Positions 8,764 to 18,588 of a stretch of DNA of 46,147 nt are shown here, in pieces. The notes below the pieces were generated by a model. The model did not search any database. It saw nothing but the letters and a program-made list of their open reading frames with translations, and was not told the DNA's origin. Source of the DNA: a virus (lineage: Duplodnaviria > Heunggongvirae > Uroviricota > Caudoviricetes); the IMG/VR virus record IMGVR_UViG_3300001528_000192, positions 128,001 through 174,147 of that record; one strand, 5' to 3'. Within the stretch, counting starts at the first letter, position 1; each line of letters opens with the position of its first letter. A program made the position numbers and the translations under genes.

Positions 8764-9582
8764 TTATCTATTATGTTGACAGTAATATAAGTGCAGCATT
8801 GCTAATGCTCTCTTCCTTGGGAGACCGTAAGGAGAATCGTAATCGTACAATAAGTGTATGAACTTAGACACTTCCTCTTTAGCATTTATAGAAAAATGCT
8901 TCCCATCAGAATAGAGATTTACTGATATATTATTGTCCTGTAAATTTTGTATAAAAGATTTAACGAAATCATCTGAATCACAATACGCCTCAGCTAAGTA
9001 ATGCCTAGATTCATTAGCAGTGCTAAAACATCCATCGCCATCCCAAAAACCTCTGAGGAACATAGCTAGGCACTCTTTATTTGGGAGCTTAGGAAAAGAT
9101 AGAGTAGAAGTTTTCCTATATACTTCACCAAAGACATCTTTCAGAGATTGAACAAGTTTTTTGTTTGTAATTCCTAGGAAGTAAACTCCTCCAGTTTTTG
9201 CATACTTTTTCACTTCACCTGAATAATTTAGGATTTCTTTTATGTCCTCCAATGGTTCTCTATCCTTCTGTGTAAATTGCACAATTTCAGAACCACTATT
9301 GGTAAGATGAACATTTCCATCTGCGGCAAAGAATCCAAGAAAATAGCAGTAATTAGGATTGCTTATGTCTATAGCTGATTCGTCCAAGCAATATAAATTC
9401 TTATCTCGAAATCGAGTAAGACCATATCTTGCTACGAAGTGATCTATCTTACTTCTACTAACTCCTAACTCCTCTATTATTTCCTTCTGTTTCTTACGAT
9501 TCAAATACATTTCTAACATCTTTAATTCTACTTCAGAGCAATCTTCTCTGATTTGTTCCATAGAAAAATTCTTTTTATCCAT
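8764..9582 (-). CDS. intron-encoded double-motif LAGLIDADG homing endonuclease
   Basis: YFLGFFAADG and FLRGFWDGDG motifs; likely start MDKKNF at 9582 after a poly-A leader (upstream in-frame sequence is ribozyme core). Confidence 0.88.
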   Translation of the reverse strand: MDKKNFSMEQIREDCSEVELKMLEMYLNRKKQKEIIEELGVSRSKIDHFVARYGLTRFRDKNLYCLDESAIDISNPNYCYFLGFFAADGNVHLTNSGSEIVQFTQKDREPLEDIKEILNYSGEVKKYAKTGGVYFLGITNKKLVQSLKDVFGEVYRKTSTLSFPKLPNKECLAMFLRGFWDGDGCFSTANESRHYLAEAYCDSDDFVKSFIQNLQDNNISVNLYSDGKHFSINAKEEVSKFIHLLYDYDSPYGLPRKRALAMLHLYYCQHNR

Positions 9583-9601
9583 AAGTTTTTTTTTTACTAT
9601 G

Positions 9602-9632
9602 CAAGTATAGTAACTTTCCTTGTGGATACAAA
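9602..9632 (-). promoter_or_regulatory. intron-internal Bacteroidota-type promoter for the LAGLIDADG gene
   Basis: TTTG-N19-TATACTTG (1 mismatch to TAnnTTTG), about 20 nt upstream of the ATG. Confidence 0.55.
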
Positions 9633-9843
9633 ACTTACCTCTACAAAATTTACCATAATAGACATCTGGCGCTCGTGGGCATTTCTTTTGAATTTGCCTA
9701 GTCTCTGAACGTTCCCTTGCACAACAATACATAGGGGCTTCGCTGCTGATTACCATACATTTAGTCTCGCGACTCAAGCTATAGGCTTCCAGCAATTCAC
9801 CAGATTTTCATAGCAACTCACATTGCTATGCCTCCAATATTAG

Positions 9844-11055
9844 AAGGTTAAGCTTGTAAACACCACCTCCACTACTCATTCTTGCAGTATCAGTTCCTAT
9901 AGAGTGTATTTCCACATGTATTCTACCAGTTTTGGGATTAATTGCCTTAACCCAGTTTTCTCCATAGGTAGAAACCAACTTGGAAGCACCTTGATATTTT
10001 AAGAATAGAGGTATAATCGGAAATTGATCAGCTTGCGGAGATAAGACTTTTTCCTCTATAGAATCCTTTTCCTTACCAGTTTTCTTATCAAATGTCTTAG
10101 TTTTTATACCAAGTATTTTGAATAGAGGTATAACCTGTTTTGAACTACTCCAATTAAGAGTACAAGTATATCCAGCCTCAACAAAACCAAATAAATCTGC
10201 ATCCACCCATTTTACGAATGGTTTGTACAATTTATGGTTGCTGTTGTACAAATCAACTACATACTGATTTAAGTCTGAGATAGCTTGATTGAGATTCATT
10301 TTATCTCTAGTCATCTTATCTCCCCACTTAGAGAGACTCATATGAATGCCACAATACTTAGTATATGCAACAGACTTTACTGCTTCGCACTCAAACTTTA
10401 CAGCTCGTTCTAGATCTTGTTTCTTAACTTCTTCCATCTGAGCATTATAGATGTCTTCTAGCCACATTACGTCTCCTGCAGCATAGACTATAACCTCCTC
10501 AGTTAAACCTTGGTTAATAATCTGTCCTCGAACAGTTTTATCAATGTCTATTTTACACCACCTATTCGCAGCAGCCTTTAAAGAGTAACTAATTTCCCAA
10601 TACTTTAGTTCATTAGTCTTTTCATCTCTAATAGGTTCATATCCAAATTGCCCATCATACAAGTCTGGACCTAAAATAGCTGGAAATCCTAAGAATATAA
10701 GTTTCTCTATAATCATTCCATCTATGACATTCTTCGGATAAATTCCTTGAACATATAGGAAGGTTAAGTCAAACTGAATATTCCACCCAAGAAAGATTCT
10801 ATCAGATTCTAGATAAGTCTTAAGATCTTTCTTCTCCCAATCTGAAAGGGTCGTCCAGTCAAATACAACTTGATTCTCTTTGTTTCCAAGCTGAAGAGTT
10901 AAAAGGTCTTTTGTATGACAATCTAACCCCATAGTCTCAGTATCAAGTTGAACTAGACTTAGGGGTTCTAAGACTTTCATGGCATCAAGGAAACTTACTT
11001 GCTTATACTTCTCAGGACTAAATAAACCTTTATTCTTGCTTACTAGAAAGATCAT
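9844..11055 (-). CDS. polA: DNA polymerase family A, exon 1 (3'-5' exonuclease and thumb)
   Basis: LDTET (ExoI), NIQFD (ExoII), YAAGD (ExoIII), LNWSSSKQV, TGRIH, TARMSS; spliced product about 701 aa. Confidence 0.92.
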
Positions 11056-11656
11056 TATAATAGAGTAAAGTAGGATTGTTTTTATGAATATCTACTTTAT
11101 CTAAACCTCTATTTTGAATCTCTTCATTAAACTGCAAAGAGTTAAATCCACTGCATACCAAATGATAGCCATGAACTGTTGGAACTTCATACATTGTAAA
11201 TGGTTCTGAGTGATTACACTGTAGTATGATTTCCTTAATTTGAGGTAGTTGTTCGGGATTATCTACATCTATTATCCATAGGGCTTTATATCCTCTTGCA
11301 CGTGTACTTCCACATGTACTATCCCAAATATTATTACCTTGAAAGGCACAGTTCCCTGCCACTAAATCAGCGTACTTACGAATACACTCTAAAGCAACCT
11401 CTTGAGCATTTCGTATGTTTGGATTAATGTAGGCTCTAGCATTATTGCTTTCACAGAGTTCCTTTATTCTTTCCTCTAAAGAATCAAACTCTTCTACACT
11501 ATAAATATAATAGGAACGGATAAGCCTATATCCGTTCCTTACATGAAGTCCTTCATTCCCATCTTTCTTCCTTTGAATTATCTGAAGGAAGTAGAACTCA
11601 TTAGGATTATGAAAGACTAGATGTTCTCGAAGTTGTTTAAAATTATCTATCTTCAT
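11030..11656 (-). CDS. hypothetical protein with AEP-like motifs
   Basis: WIIDVD and PTVHGYHL resemble AEP motifs I and II; start placed at MKIDNF. Confidence 0.6.
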   Translation of the reverse strand: MKIDNFKQLREHLVFHNPNEFYFLQIIQRKKDGNEGLHVRNGYRLIRSYYIYSVEEFDSLEERIKELCESNNARAYINPNIRNAQEVALECIRKYADLVAGNCAFQGNNIWDSTCGSTRARGYKALWIIDVDNPEQLPQIKEIILQCNHSEPFTMYEVPTVHGYHLVCSGFNSLQFNEEIQNRGLDKVDIHKNNPTLLYYNDLSSKQE

Positions 11657-11906
11657 TCGATACTGGATTATTGCTAAAGATTCTCTCGTCTGTGTCATCG
11701 TTGAATACTTCTAAGGTTGGATAGTTGTCATTATCCTTAGGAGCCATATAGTCAGCAGTATCATACATATACTCAGAGTCATTGCACTCTGTATCTGGTT
11801 TTAGACACTTCTCTAATGCTTCTGTTTCTGATTCTGCTTCTATTGTGTAATATTCCCTTTCCCAGATAGTATACTTACGATCAACACACAAGTTATAGGT
11901 TTCCAT
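11643..11906 (-). CDS. hypothetical acidic protein
   Basis: ORF track. Confidence 0.7.
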   Translation of the reverse strand: METYNLCVDRKYTIWEREYYTIEAESETEALEKCLKPDTECNDSEYMYDTADYMAPKDNDNYPTLEVFNDDTDERIFSNNPVSNEDR

Positions 11907-12357
11907 TTATAATGTCCTTATACTTGTTATAAGTATTCCTGATAACTTCCTCTCCAATAGGATTTTCTCTTTTAGCATCTCTTGCTATACACTCTTCTAA
12001 AGGAGTATCAAAGAATGTTTGGTACTTAATATCATAGTGTAAGTCAACAGGAGATAGAGAAATCCACTTATTAAATTCCTCGACAGTTTCCTTAATTTCA
12101 GCAAGAGTCTTCTGATTAAGGTTCATATTGTCCAGAACGATGTCATACCCTTCTAACATTGCCTCATTGAGGAAGCTATTGTGCATTGCCTTTACGAGGG
12201 GCTCTCTACTAGGAACCCAGTAAACTCCAAACATATTCCTTATGTCATCCTGATTAAATCTTACCCTATGTTTAGGATCTTCTTTAATCCAGTTCTTTGC
12301 CCAAGTAGTCTTTCCTGAGCCCTGAATGCCTTGCAAAATAATTAATTCATGTTTCAT
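11893..12357 (-). CDS. polynucleotide-kinase-like P-loop kinase (AAA_33)
   Basis: GIQGSGKTTWA, NQDDIR, DNMNL and ECIARDAKR match the T4 Pnk kinase domain. Confidence 0.88.
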   Translation of the reverse strand: MKHELIILQGIQGSGKTTWAKNWIKEDPKHRVRFNQDDIRNMFGVYWVPSREPLVKAMHNSFLNEAMLEGYDIVLDNMNLNQKTLAEIKETVEEFNKWISLSPVDLHYDIKYQTFFDTPLEECIARDAKRENPIGEEVIRNTYNKYKDIINGNL

Positions 12358-13208
12358 AATAATTCAGATAATTCGTTTTTATATTTACTTCTAATACGAT
12401 TAATAGCACTGTGTTGGATTTGGCGGACTCGTTCTCCACCAATTCCAAATCGGTTTGCTATTTCATCGTTAGACATAGCTTGTACTCCAATTCCAAAGGA
12501 CATTCTAAGAACATCTTGCTCTCTATAAGAGAGTTTGGATAGGATTCGTTCTATTTCAATAACTAAATCACTCTTTAAGGCGGTTGTATCTGTAGATTCT
12601 GAGTTGTCGTTAGGAAGTACATCCAACAGGCAACTTACATCTTCATCCTTAAAAGGACTTTCTAAAGAAACAGACCTATAAGTTGAGGCTAAAGACATAT
12701 TTATTTTCTTCCTGTTAAGGTTAGTCTCTTCCTCTATCTCCTCCATAGAAGGAGCTCTTCCATTCTCCTGTTCAAATTTCTCAGACATTTTGTTTATCTT
12801 ACTCATATTAACTATTTGACTCATAGGAACTCTAACAGTTCTACACTGTTCAGATATAGCTCTCATAATAGCTTGACGTACCCACCAAACAGCATAGGAG
12901 ATAAACCTATACCCTCTAGTTTCATCAAACTTATGAGCAGCTTCAAGCATTCCGATATTTCCTTCTTGAATCAAATCAACTAAGTCAAGACCCTTATTCT
13001 GATACTGTTTTGCAACAGAGATCACAAATCTCAGATTCGCTGTTACTAACTCATTAGCAGCAGCATTGTCTCCAAGCTTTATTCTCTTAGTAAGCTCTAT
13101 CTCCTTTTCTGGAGTAATCATAGATAGTTTGGACACATCCTTGAAATAAATTCCCAAAGATGCGTCTTTCCTATCTGTTATAGATTGAGTGATTTTAAAA
13201 CTCTTCAT
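12354..13208 (-). CDS. RNA polymerase sigma-70 factor, Bacteroidota RpoD/SigA type
   Basis: ANLRFVISVAKQYQ, DLIQEGNIG, KFDETRGYRFISYAVWW and ERVRQI; lacks region 1.1, as Bacteroidota primary sigmas do. Confidence 0.93.
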   Translation of the reverse strand: MKSFKITQSITDRKDASLGIYFKDVSKLSMITPEKEIELTKRIKLGDNAAANELVTANLRFVISVAKQYQNKGLDLVDLIQEGNIGMLEAAHKFDETRGYRFISYAVWWVRQAIMRAISEQCRTVRVPMSQIVNMSKINKMSEKFEQENGRAPSMEEIEEETNLNRKKINMSLASTYRSVSLESPFKDEDVSCLLDVLPNDNSESTDTTALKSDLVIEIERILSKLSYREQDVLRMSFGIGVQAMSNDEIANRFGIGGERVRQIQHSAINRIRSKYKNELSELL

Positions 13209-13873
13209 TAAAGAGTAATATTATTTTCGGCTTGATACTTAGCTGTATCTTCGTAAAGTTTTGTGGCTAAGAATGCATCAGCCGTAGCTACGGAAGCAGC
13301 ACTAGTACTCTTTCTCAATGACTTAGCATAGGTATCAATATGAGAGTAATTTGCCACAATGTTTTTAGAGCCAGATACAGATCTCATTTTAATGCCAAGT
13401 CTGTTAGCGTCTTTGAGATCTTTAAGATTAGTGCCCATATAAACGAAAGTCCAACTATACTTTTCCTCCTGATGTTGAATCTTTGCCTTTACACTATCAA
13501 AAGTATATTCCTGAGAAGCGTTCTCCTGACCGTCTGTCATGACAACTATCATATTCTTAGAAGGACGCTTAGATTCATCCATGTCAGAAAGCCACTTACC
13601 GATTTCATCTATAGCAGTTCCTACTCCGTCATTCATAGCAGTACAACCGCCAGGAGAATAGATAAGTTTAGGAACCTCGTTTACTGGTTTGCCTATATAG
13701 TCCTTCTTAACTTTGTCTGAGAATCTATACAGAGAGATAATACACTCTCCGTCTTTCTCAGCCTTCTGTTCGTCGATAAGCTTCTGGAAACCTCCAATAA
13801 CATCATCAACGGAATTGTACATAGATCCACTTTCGTCTAGTACAAAACAAATGTGCAATAAATTACTTTTCAT
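13208..13873 (-). CDS. von Willebrand factor A domain protein
   Basis: MIDAS motif DESGS, T in GGCTAM, TDGQEN. Confidence 0.9.
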   Translation of the reverse strand: MKSNLLHICFVLDESGSMYNSVDDVIGGFQKLIDEQKAEKDGECIISLYRFSDKVKKDYIGKPVNEVPKLIYSPGGCTAMNDGVGTAIDEIGKWLSDMDESKRPSKNMIVVMTDGQENASQEYTFDSVKAKIQHQEEKYSWTFVYMGTNLKDLKDANRLGIKMRSVSGSKNIVANYSHIDTYAKSLRKSTSAASVATADAFLATKLYEDTAKYQAENNITL

Positions 13874-15240
13874 GCTTCGTCTTCAATATTAGTTTCACCT
13901 TTATCGAGTAACTCTTGTTCTTTATTTAAGAATCTAAAACACTTAAGCTTGAAGGCATGACTTAGTCCATCCTCCAGCTTAATTACAAGTCCCTCATGTG
14001 GAACTTTATTCTTACAATGAGGAGAATCTTTCTCCATATAGAACTTAGGATCATTTGCCAATCTTTCTAGGAAGTTTTCATTCCAGTGATTTGCAACGTC
14101 CAAGTCTGGATATAAGTCCTTTGCCTGTCCAAAGTAACATTCCTCGACTGGAGTGAGACCTACTTGAGCACACCACTGCTGAACCTGACGAGGAGTATAT
14201 TCAAATACTTTACCATCTACATTAGTATAGGTAACTCTATAAATACGGACTTTGAAGTGTTTCTCAGGAGTATAGGTTTCTCCTTCATTAGGTGGAACAC
14301 ATCCATAGTCATATTTATTCTGGATGAATCCACCATTAGGAAGATAACCCACTATTTCATAGTAAGCAGTTTGTCCTTTAGCAAGGCACGGGCGTACTAC
14401 TTTATCAGCCTCTACCCATACATCAACTCCGTAGAAACCTTCCTGTACTCCAGGGTTGTAAGTCCTATTCTTGACTACAGTTCTCGATGCATATAGGTAA
14501 TCATACTTATTAAATTCCTCGCCAGTAAGCCATTTAGCTATCTTCTGTTTCCAAGTTAACTCTTGTTTGCAGAGAACATATGCAGAAATACCGGAGGTTC
14601 CATGAATTTTGTAAGAGAGTTGAATCCATGCATCTGGAGTAATTACATGAGGACATTTCTTAATAAGAGTTGTGTCGTAATGGAATCTAAATTGGGTATC
14701 GATGACCTTATCAAGCCCTTTCGGAACCTTCTTGGAGATCCTGCCTTTACCGCCACCTTGCGAGAATTGTCTCTTTGCGACATATTTCTTGCTAATCCAG
14801 AACTCTTTACCGCCATGTGACACTGCGTCGAACTCAATACCTTCCTTGATTTCATCAATTTCATGATTTGTTACAGATACAACATAATTCTGAAGTACAA
14901 CTACTGGTAAGATGAATCCTTCAGATAATTCACCTCTAAGCTTAATAGCTTTAACTCTACCATTATCGTCAAACATTCCAGACTGTTCTGGATCGTTATT
15001 TAATTCCTTGTGTCTATAGAGATTTGCAAATCTTAAGAAATCTCCATTGATACAAGATAGAGCAGGAAAATAGACATACAATCCTGGTTGTGAGTCTATC
15101 CCAGTAATGATATTAAACCCATCAATAGTACAACATTTGAGCCGTGTTACCTCTGGGTCATTATGCTTTCTAAAAGTTGTGATGTTTACAATTTTTGAAA
15201 GATAATTTTCACTTGCTTTTTTACTTTTGATTAATTCCAT
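13870..15240 (-). CDS. RNA ligase (Rnl2/DRB0094-like) with N-terminal OB-like domain
   Basis: RVKAIKLRGELSEG, motif I KIHGTS, YEIVG, EGLVIK, FKLK. Confidence 0.82.
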   Translation of the reverse strand: MELIKSKKASENYLSKIVNITTFRKHNDPEVTRLKCCTIDGFNIITGIDSQPGLYVYFPALSCINGDFLRFANLYRHKELNNDPEQSGMFDDNGRVKAIKLRGELSEGFILPVVVLQNYVVSVTNHEIDEIKEGIEFDAVSHGGKEFWISKKYVAKRQFSQGGGKGRISKKVPKGLDKVIDTQFRFHYDTTLIKKCPHVITPDAWIQLSYKIHGTSGISAYVLCKQELTWKQKIAKWLTGEEFNKYDYLYASRTVVKNRTYNPGVQEGFYGVDVWVEADKVVRPCLAKGQTAYYEIVGYLPNGGFIQNKYDYGCVPPNEGETYTPEKHFKVRIYRVTYTNVDGKVFEYTPRQVQQWCAQVGLTPVEECYFGQAKDLYPDLDVANHWNENFLERLANDPKFYMEKDSPHCKNKVPHEGLVIKLEDGLSHAFKLKCFRFLNKEQELLDKGETNIEDEA

Positions 15241-15550
15241 CTAAAATAATTTTTAAACCACTTGTTTTAAACAATTCAATTAAATAACTAGCGTAGGTAC
15301 AGGATTCCTCTTCGGAATATTCCCCCTTGTTGTGCCATTGGAATGCATGCAGGACTTCATGCCAGAAAGTATTCCAAATTTGTTCCTCTTTCAAGGGTAT
15401 CAAATCTCCGTTATCATCTCTAACATGTGTTGCAATTTTAATCACATCAGTGATTCCATTATACTCTCCAAAATTTTGGTCAGAGAGAGAGTCAACTACT
15501 TCTATTCTTATTTCCTGAGAGTTAATAGTAAATTTTTCTGGTATTTTCAT
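15221..15550 (-). CDS. HExxH zincin-like metalloprotein
   Basis: FWHEVLHA followed by EEE. Confidence 0.7.
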   Translation of the reverse strand: MKIPEKFTINSQEIRIEVVDSLSDQNFGEYNGITDVIKIATHVRDDNGDLIPLKEEQIWNTFWHEVLHAFQWHNKGEYSEEESCTYASYLIELFKTSGLKIILDGINQK

Positions 15551-16158
15551 AGTCCTGTTTGATCTGTAAAGAAATTAATATTACCAATTCCTACTATGTG
15601 GGCAGAGCCCTGTTTGTCAACATAGTAGTTTACTTCCCCTTCAAAATCTGGAACCACCGTTACACACCAATCATGAGATGCTATCCACTCATCTATATTT
15701 GGGTTATATTTCCTTACTTCATCAAGATCGAAAACTGAGACTAACCCAGCATCTGCACAGAAATCACCCAATTTGGAACAGTCTACTCCATAATCCTCTC
15801 CTTTTTCTGACGCCTCAACAAAGTTGTCAATTACTCTATAAGGATTTTCAGTAATTTTATAGGTAGTGCAACTCCAGTCTCCGTAGATGGTATCCTCAGT
15901 AAGGTAATTCTGAATACCAAGAGCCTCCATGTGATACCCGAAGTCACATTTTCTCCAGTGATCCTTTTCATCATATTCTGCATGATATTTCTCACAAGCT
16001 GCTTTATATGCTAGCTCATCAGGAGTTGTGTATTCCGAAAAAGGCTTGCTATCTGTGCTCTGTGGCAAATTAAAATCTTCTGGCTTCGGATGGGGGTAAT
16101 TATCTTCCTTAATTATATAGCACGGGTCTGTAATTATTATAGTTCCTTTAAATTTCAT
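15547..16158 (-). CDS. hypothetical protein
   Basis: ITDPCY, YGDW and FCADAGLV motifs typical of a conserved phage family. Confidence 0.75.
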   Translation of the reverse strand: MKFKGTIIITDPCYIIKEDNYPHPKPEDFNLPQSTDSKPFSEYTTPDELAYKAACEKYHAEYDEKDHWRKCDFGYHMEALGIQNYLTEDTIYGDWSCTTYKITENPYRVIDNFVEASEKGEDYGVDCSKLGDFCADAGLVSVFDLDEVRKYNPNIDEWIASHDWCVTVVPDFEGEVNYYVDKQGSAHIVGIGNINFFTDQTGL

Positions 16159-16907
16159 ATTAGTTTTTCAATATAGTCCCTATCTTCTCCTTTAAAAATA
16201 GGGATTTCAGTATCAATAAACCATGAATCTATTCCGTCTATATTCTTCTTGATGCAGCAGCTTCCTCTTTGTAGATGTATAGGTAAACTATTCCAGTCTA
16301 CTTGTTTTTCCTTAAGAAGTTTCTCTAGTACTTGACTTGTCGAAAGCCCCTGTAACTCCTTGTGTGAGAAAGTAGCTTGTCCTACAGAGTTTATACTATT
16401 TCTAATAGCATCCTGTTGTCTCCACAGTACACAATTAGTAACTTCCTCCTTTGGAATATTAAAGCACCTAGAGTCGAATAAGGCTCCCTTCGCTACAGCC
16501 CCTACATGGGGGTCCTCAATGTATATAGGATGCCTATTCATTATGTCCATAAAGTGTCTATTGAAAGCTAAAGTTGCTATTGAGGCGGATATACTGCATA
16601 CTTTTTGGACATCGTAATCGAACCAAGCAGCAGTCTCCAGTTTCTTATAGTCAGTTAAGACTAATGTGATTTCGTCAGACTGCGTATATCCTAATACACA
16701 ACCCTGGATTTCTTTACATAAAGTTAGCATAGTTTTTTGCATAACTTCAGTAAGAATATCATCGAAAGGCTTTTTAAATCCCCTCGTAAAGGTATGGAAG
16801 GCTTTACCATCCAACCTTATAATGACTGGAGTCCTACGAAGAAGTCGGGTCTTAGCTCTATTCTCGTAGTTCTCCTTCATTCTATCTCCTAAATTATCTT
16901 TCTTCAT
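16155..16907 (-). CDS. tRNA(His) guanylyltransferase Thg1-like protein
   Basis: IRLDGKAFHTFT, YTQSDEI, FDSR and WRQQDAIRNS motifs. Confidence 0.93.
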   Translation of the reverse strand: MKKDNLGDRMKENYENRAKTRLLRRTPVIIRLDGKAFHTFTRGFKKPFDDILTEVMQKTMLTLCKEIQGCVLGYTQSDEITLVLTDYKKLETAAWFDYDVQKVCSISASIATLAFNRHFMDIMNRHPIYIEDPHVGAVAKGALFDSRCFNIPKEEVTNCVLWRQQDAIRNSINSVGQATFSHKELQGLSTSQVLEKLLKEKQVDWNSLPIHLQRGSCCIKKNIDGIDSWFIDTEIPIFKGEDRDYIEKLI

Positions 16908-17061
16908 TCAATTTGTCAATTGTTATAAGTACTAAGGCTAGACCCAGTGTTAAGAATAACACAAATGGGTCTAAAACCATCATAATTATCCATAGCACAA
17001 CTCCAAGGATAGCTCCTGGTAGGGCTAACGTCTTGAAGTTTTCAATCGTATGCTTATCCAT
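16894..17061 (-). CDS. small membrane protein (55 aa, not in ORF track)
   Basis: MDKHTIENFKTLALPGAILGVVLWIIMMVLDPFVLFLTLGLALVLITIDKLNEER*; fills the gap. Confidence 0.7.
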   Translation of the reverse strand: MDKHTIENFKTLALPGAILGVVLWIIMMVLDPFVLFLTLGLALVLITIDKLNEER

Positions 17062-17062
17062 A

Positions 17063-18283
17063 TCAATCTTCTAAGTCGAATCTAAATATTCTTAATTTTG
17101 GTTGAGTTGGAATACCATCGTCGGAATAGTTAAAGAAGGTACATTCAGCCTTATGTCCCCTGTACTTATTATCAAAGTTCTCAACATATTCAGCCTTTGT
17201 AGCTCTATCTCCAACTGGCATAGCCTCAAATGTTCTTCCGTCTTCCAATTCACAGGTAAAGGTCATATCCTCGGAGCCTCGAAGACCAAGCTTGTATCCA
17301 ACGACCGTAAAGTCTTCAGACTTATATTGCTTAATCTTTATAAGGTTATTACAGCGGGAACCTACTTTATAAGGTTTAGAAGGGTCAGTAATGACTGCTC
17401 CTTCAAATCCCTCTGCAACCCACTGATCATGAAGTTTCTTCATATTGTCCCAACCAGTTACATATTCATGTATCAAAACACGGATTGGATCTTCATGTTC
17501 ATCGTCCTCAGTAGACATATACATAGGAATCTCAAAATTGTTGCATAGTTCATGCATAAGGAATCCCCATCTATCATCAGCTACCATATCCACATCACTT
17601 GAGATATAACAATCATAAACCCAATATTGTAACCAGTCACAGTCATAAGCATTCTTCTCCATCCTAGCAGCACCACTTATCTGCTGTAGAGTTTTACCTC
17701 TGACAAAAAGCTCACCGTCTAGAATTACAGTAGGATTTGCTTCAAAGAACTTCAGGAGTTTTGGATTCTCACGCAAGTGAGTAGTAGCAGCATCGTAGTC
17801 TTCACCTCCTCTAGAAGCAGTATGTATTTCTCCATCCTTATAATAGAATAGAGCCTTAACACCATCAAGTTTTCTACTAATAAGCCACTTCTTCTCAAAT
17901 ATCTTTGGATTAGTAACCTTATCAGCCTGTTTAGCAAGCTGAGGCTTAATTACTCCATACTGATTAGTCTTAACATCTCCAAAGAGGGCTTGAAGCTCCT
18001 CGGAAGTATATTCCCCAGGATGCTTCTCAACTTCTATGTATCCCTTGTCTAAGAACTTCTTAACCTCAGAATTAAACTGTAGAGTATATTGCTCTTTCCA
18101 ATTTCTCTTCTGCTTAGTTCTATCTACAATAATCTTAGGAGACAATGTAGTCTTGCCTCCTACCTGACCATAGCTACGTTGTATCACATAGCCATGCTCA
18201 GGTTCATGCCATTCTTCATCGCACTCAACTATTGCAAATCGGAATTTACCAGTCGATGCCTTACCAAGAAGATACTTAATCAT
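17063..18283 (-). CDS. ATP-dependent DNA ligase
   Basis: KLDG, LDGEL, YDCY, EGAVI and IKIK motifs; C-terminal OB fold. Confidence 0.92.
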   Translation of the reverse strand: MIKYLLGKASTGKFRFAIVECDEEWHEPEHGYVIQRSYGQVGGKTTLSPKIIVDRTKQKRNWKEQYTLQFNSEVKKFLDKGYIEVEKHPGEYTSEELQALFGDVKTNQYGVIKPQLAKQADKVTNPKIFEKKWLISRKLDGVKALFYYKDGEIHTASRGGEDYDAATTHLRENPKLLKFFEANPTVILDGELFVRGKTLQQISGAARMEKNAYDCDWLQYWVYDCYISSDVDMVADDRWGFLMHELCNNFEIPMYMSTEDDEHEDPIRVLIHEYVTGWDNMKKLHDQWVAEGFEGAVITDPSKPYKVGSRCNNLIKIKQYKSEDFTVVGYKLGLRGSEDMTFTCELEDGRTFEAMPVGDRATKAEYVENFDNKYRGHKAECTFFNYSDDGIPTQPKLRIFRFDLED

Positions 18284-18588
18284 TTCTGATTGTCCTTAAC
18301 TAAATCCCAAAGATCCTCCACTGTATCTGTAGGAATTTCCTTTCCATCTGCATCCCACATCTTGAGTTCTGGATTTCCAGACTTTTCATATAACCACCAG
18401 TCTATATCGTCTACTCCGTCCTCGTTAAATAAGATGTCGATAGTTTTATCGAATAAGATAGCAGCATATTCTACCCAGTCACTTTCAAAGAGTGTAGGTA
18501 CATTAAGAGCTTCAGAAACTTCATCAACTCTGTTAGACCACTCCTGTTGCTTCAAAATAAGATCAATAAATTCTTCCTTAGTTATCAT
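18280..18588 (-). CDS. hypothetical protein
   Basis: ORF track; DIDWWLYE motif. Confidence 0.75.
   Translation of the reverse strand: MITKEEFIDLILKQQEWSNRVDEVSEALNVPTLFESDWVEYAAILFDKTIDILFNEDGVDDIDWWLYEKSGNPELKMWDADGKEIPTDTVEDLWDLVKDNQK

Larger units (their letters stand above)
8698..9843 (-). mobile_element. group I intron in polA (1146 nt)
   Basis: Removal restores SSGGGVYKLNL|QNLP. The 5' exon ends in U, pairing with G in P1 (CCUU/GAGG). Core motifs AAAUCUGGUGAAUUGCUGGAA, UCAGAGACUA and GAUAUAGUCC; terminal G. Confidence 0.9.

Noticed and set aside
9583-9795. N-terminal 71 aa of the track's 343-aa ORF
   Set aside because: This overlaps the ribozyme core and lies upstream of, or within, the internal promoter; probably untranslated
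9826-9828. TAG ending polA exon 1 as a read-through site
   Set aside because: It lies inside the intron, and read-through meets TGA six codons later
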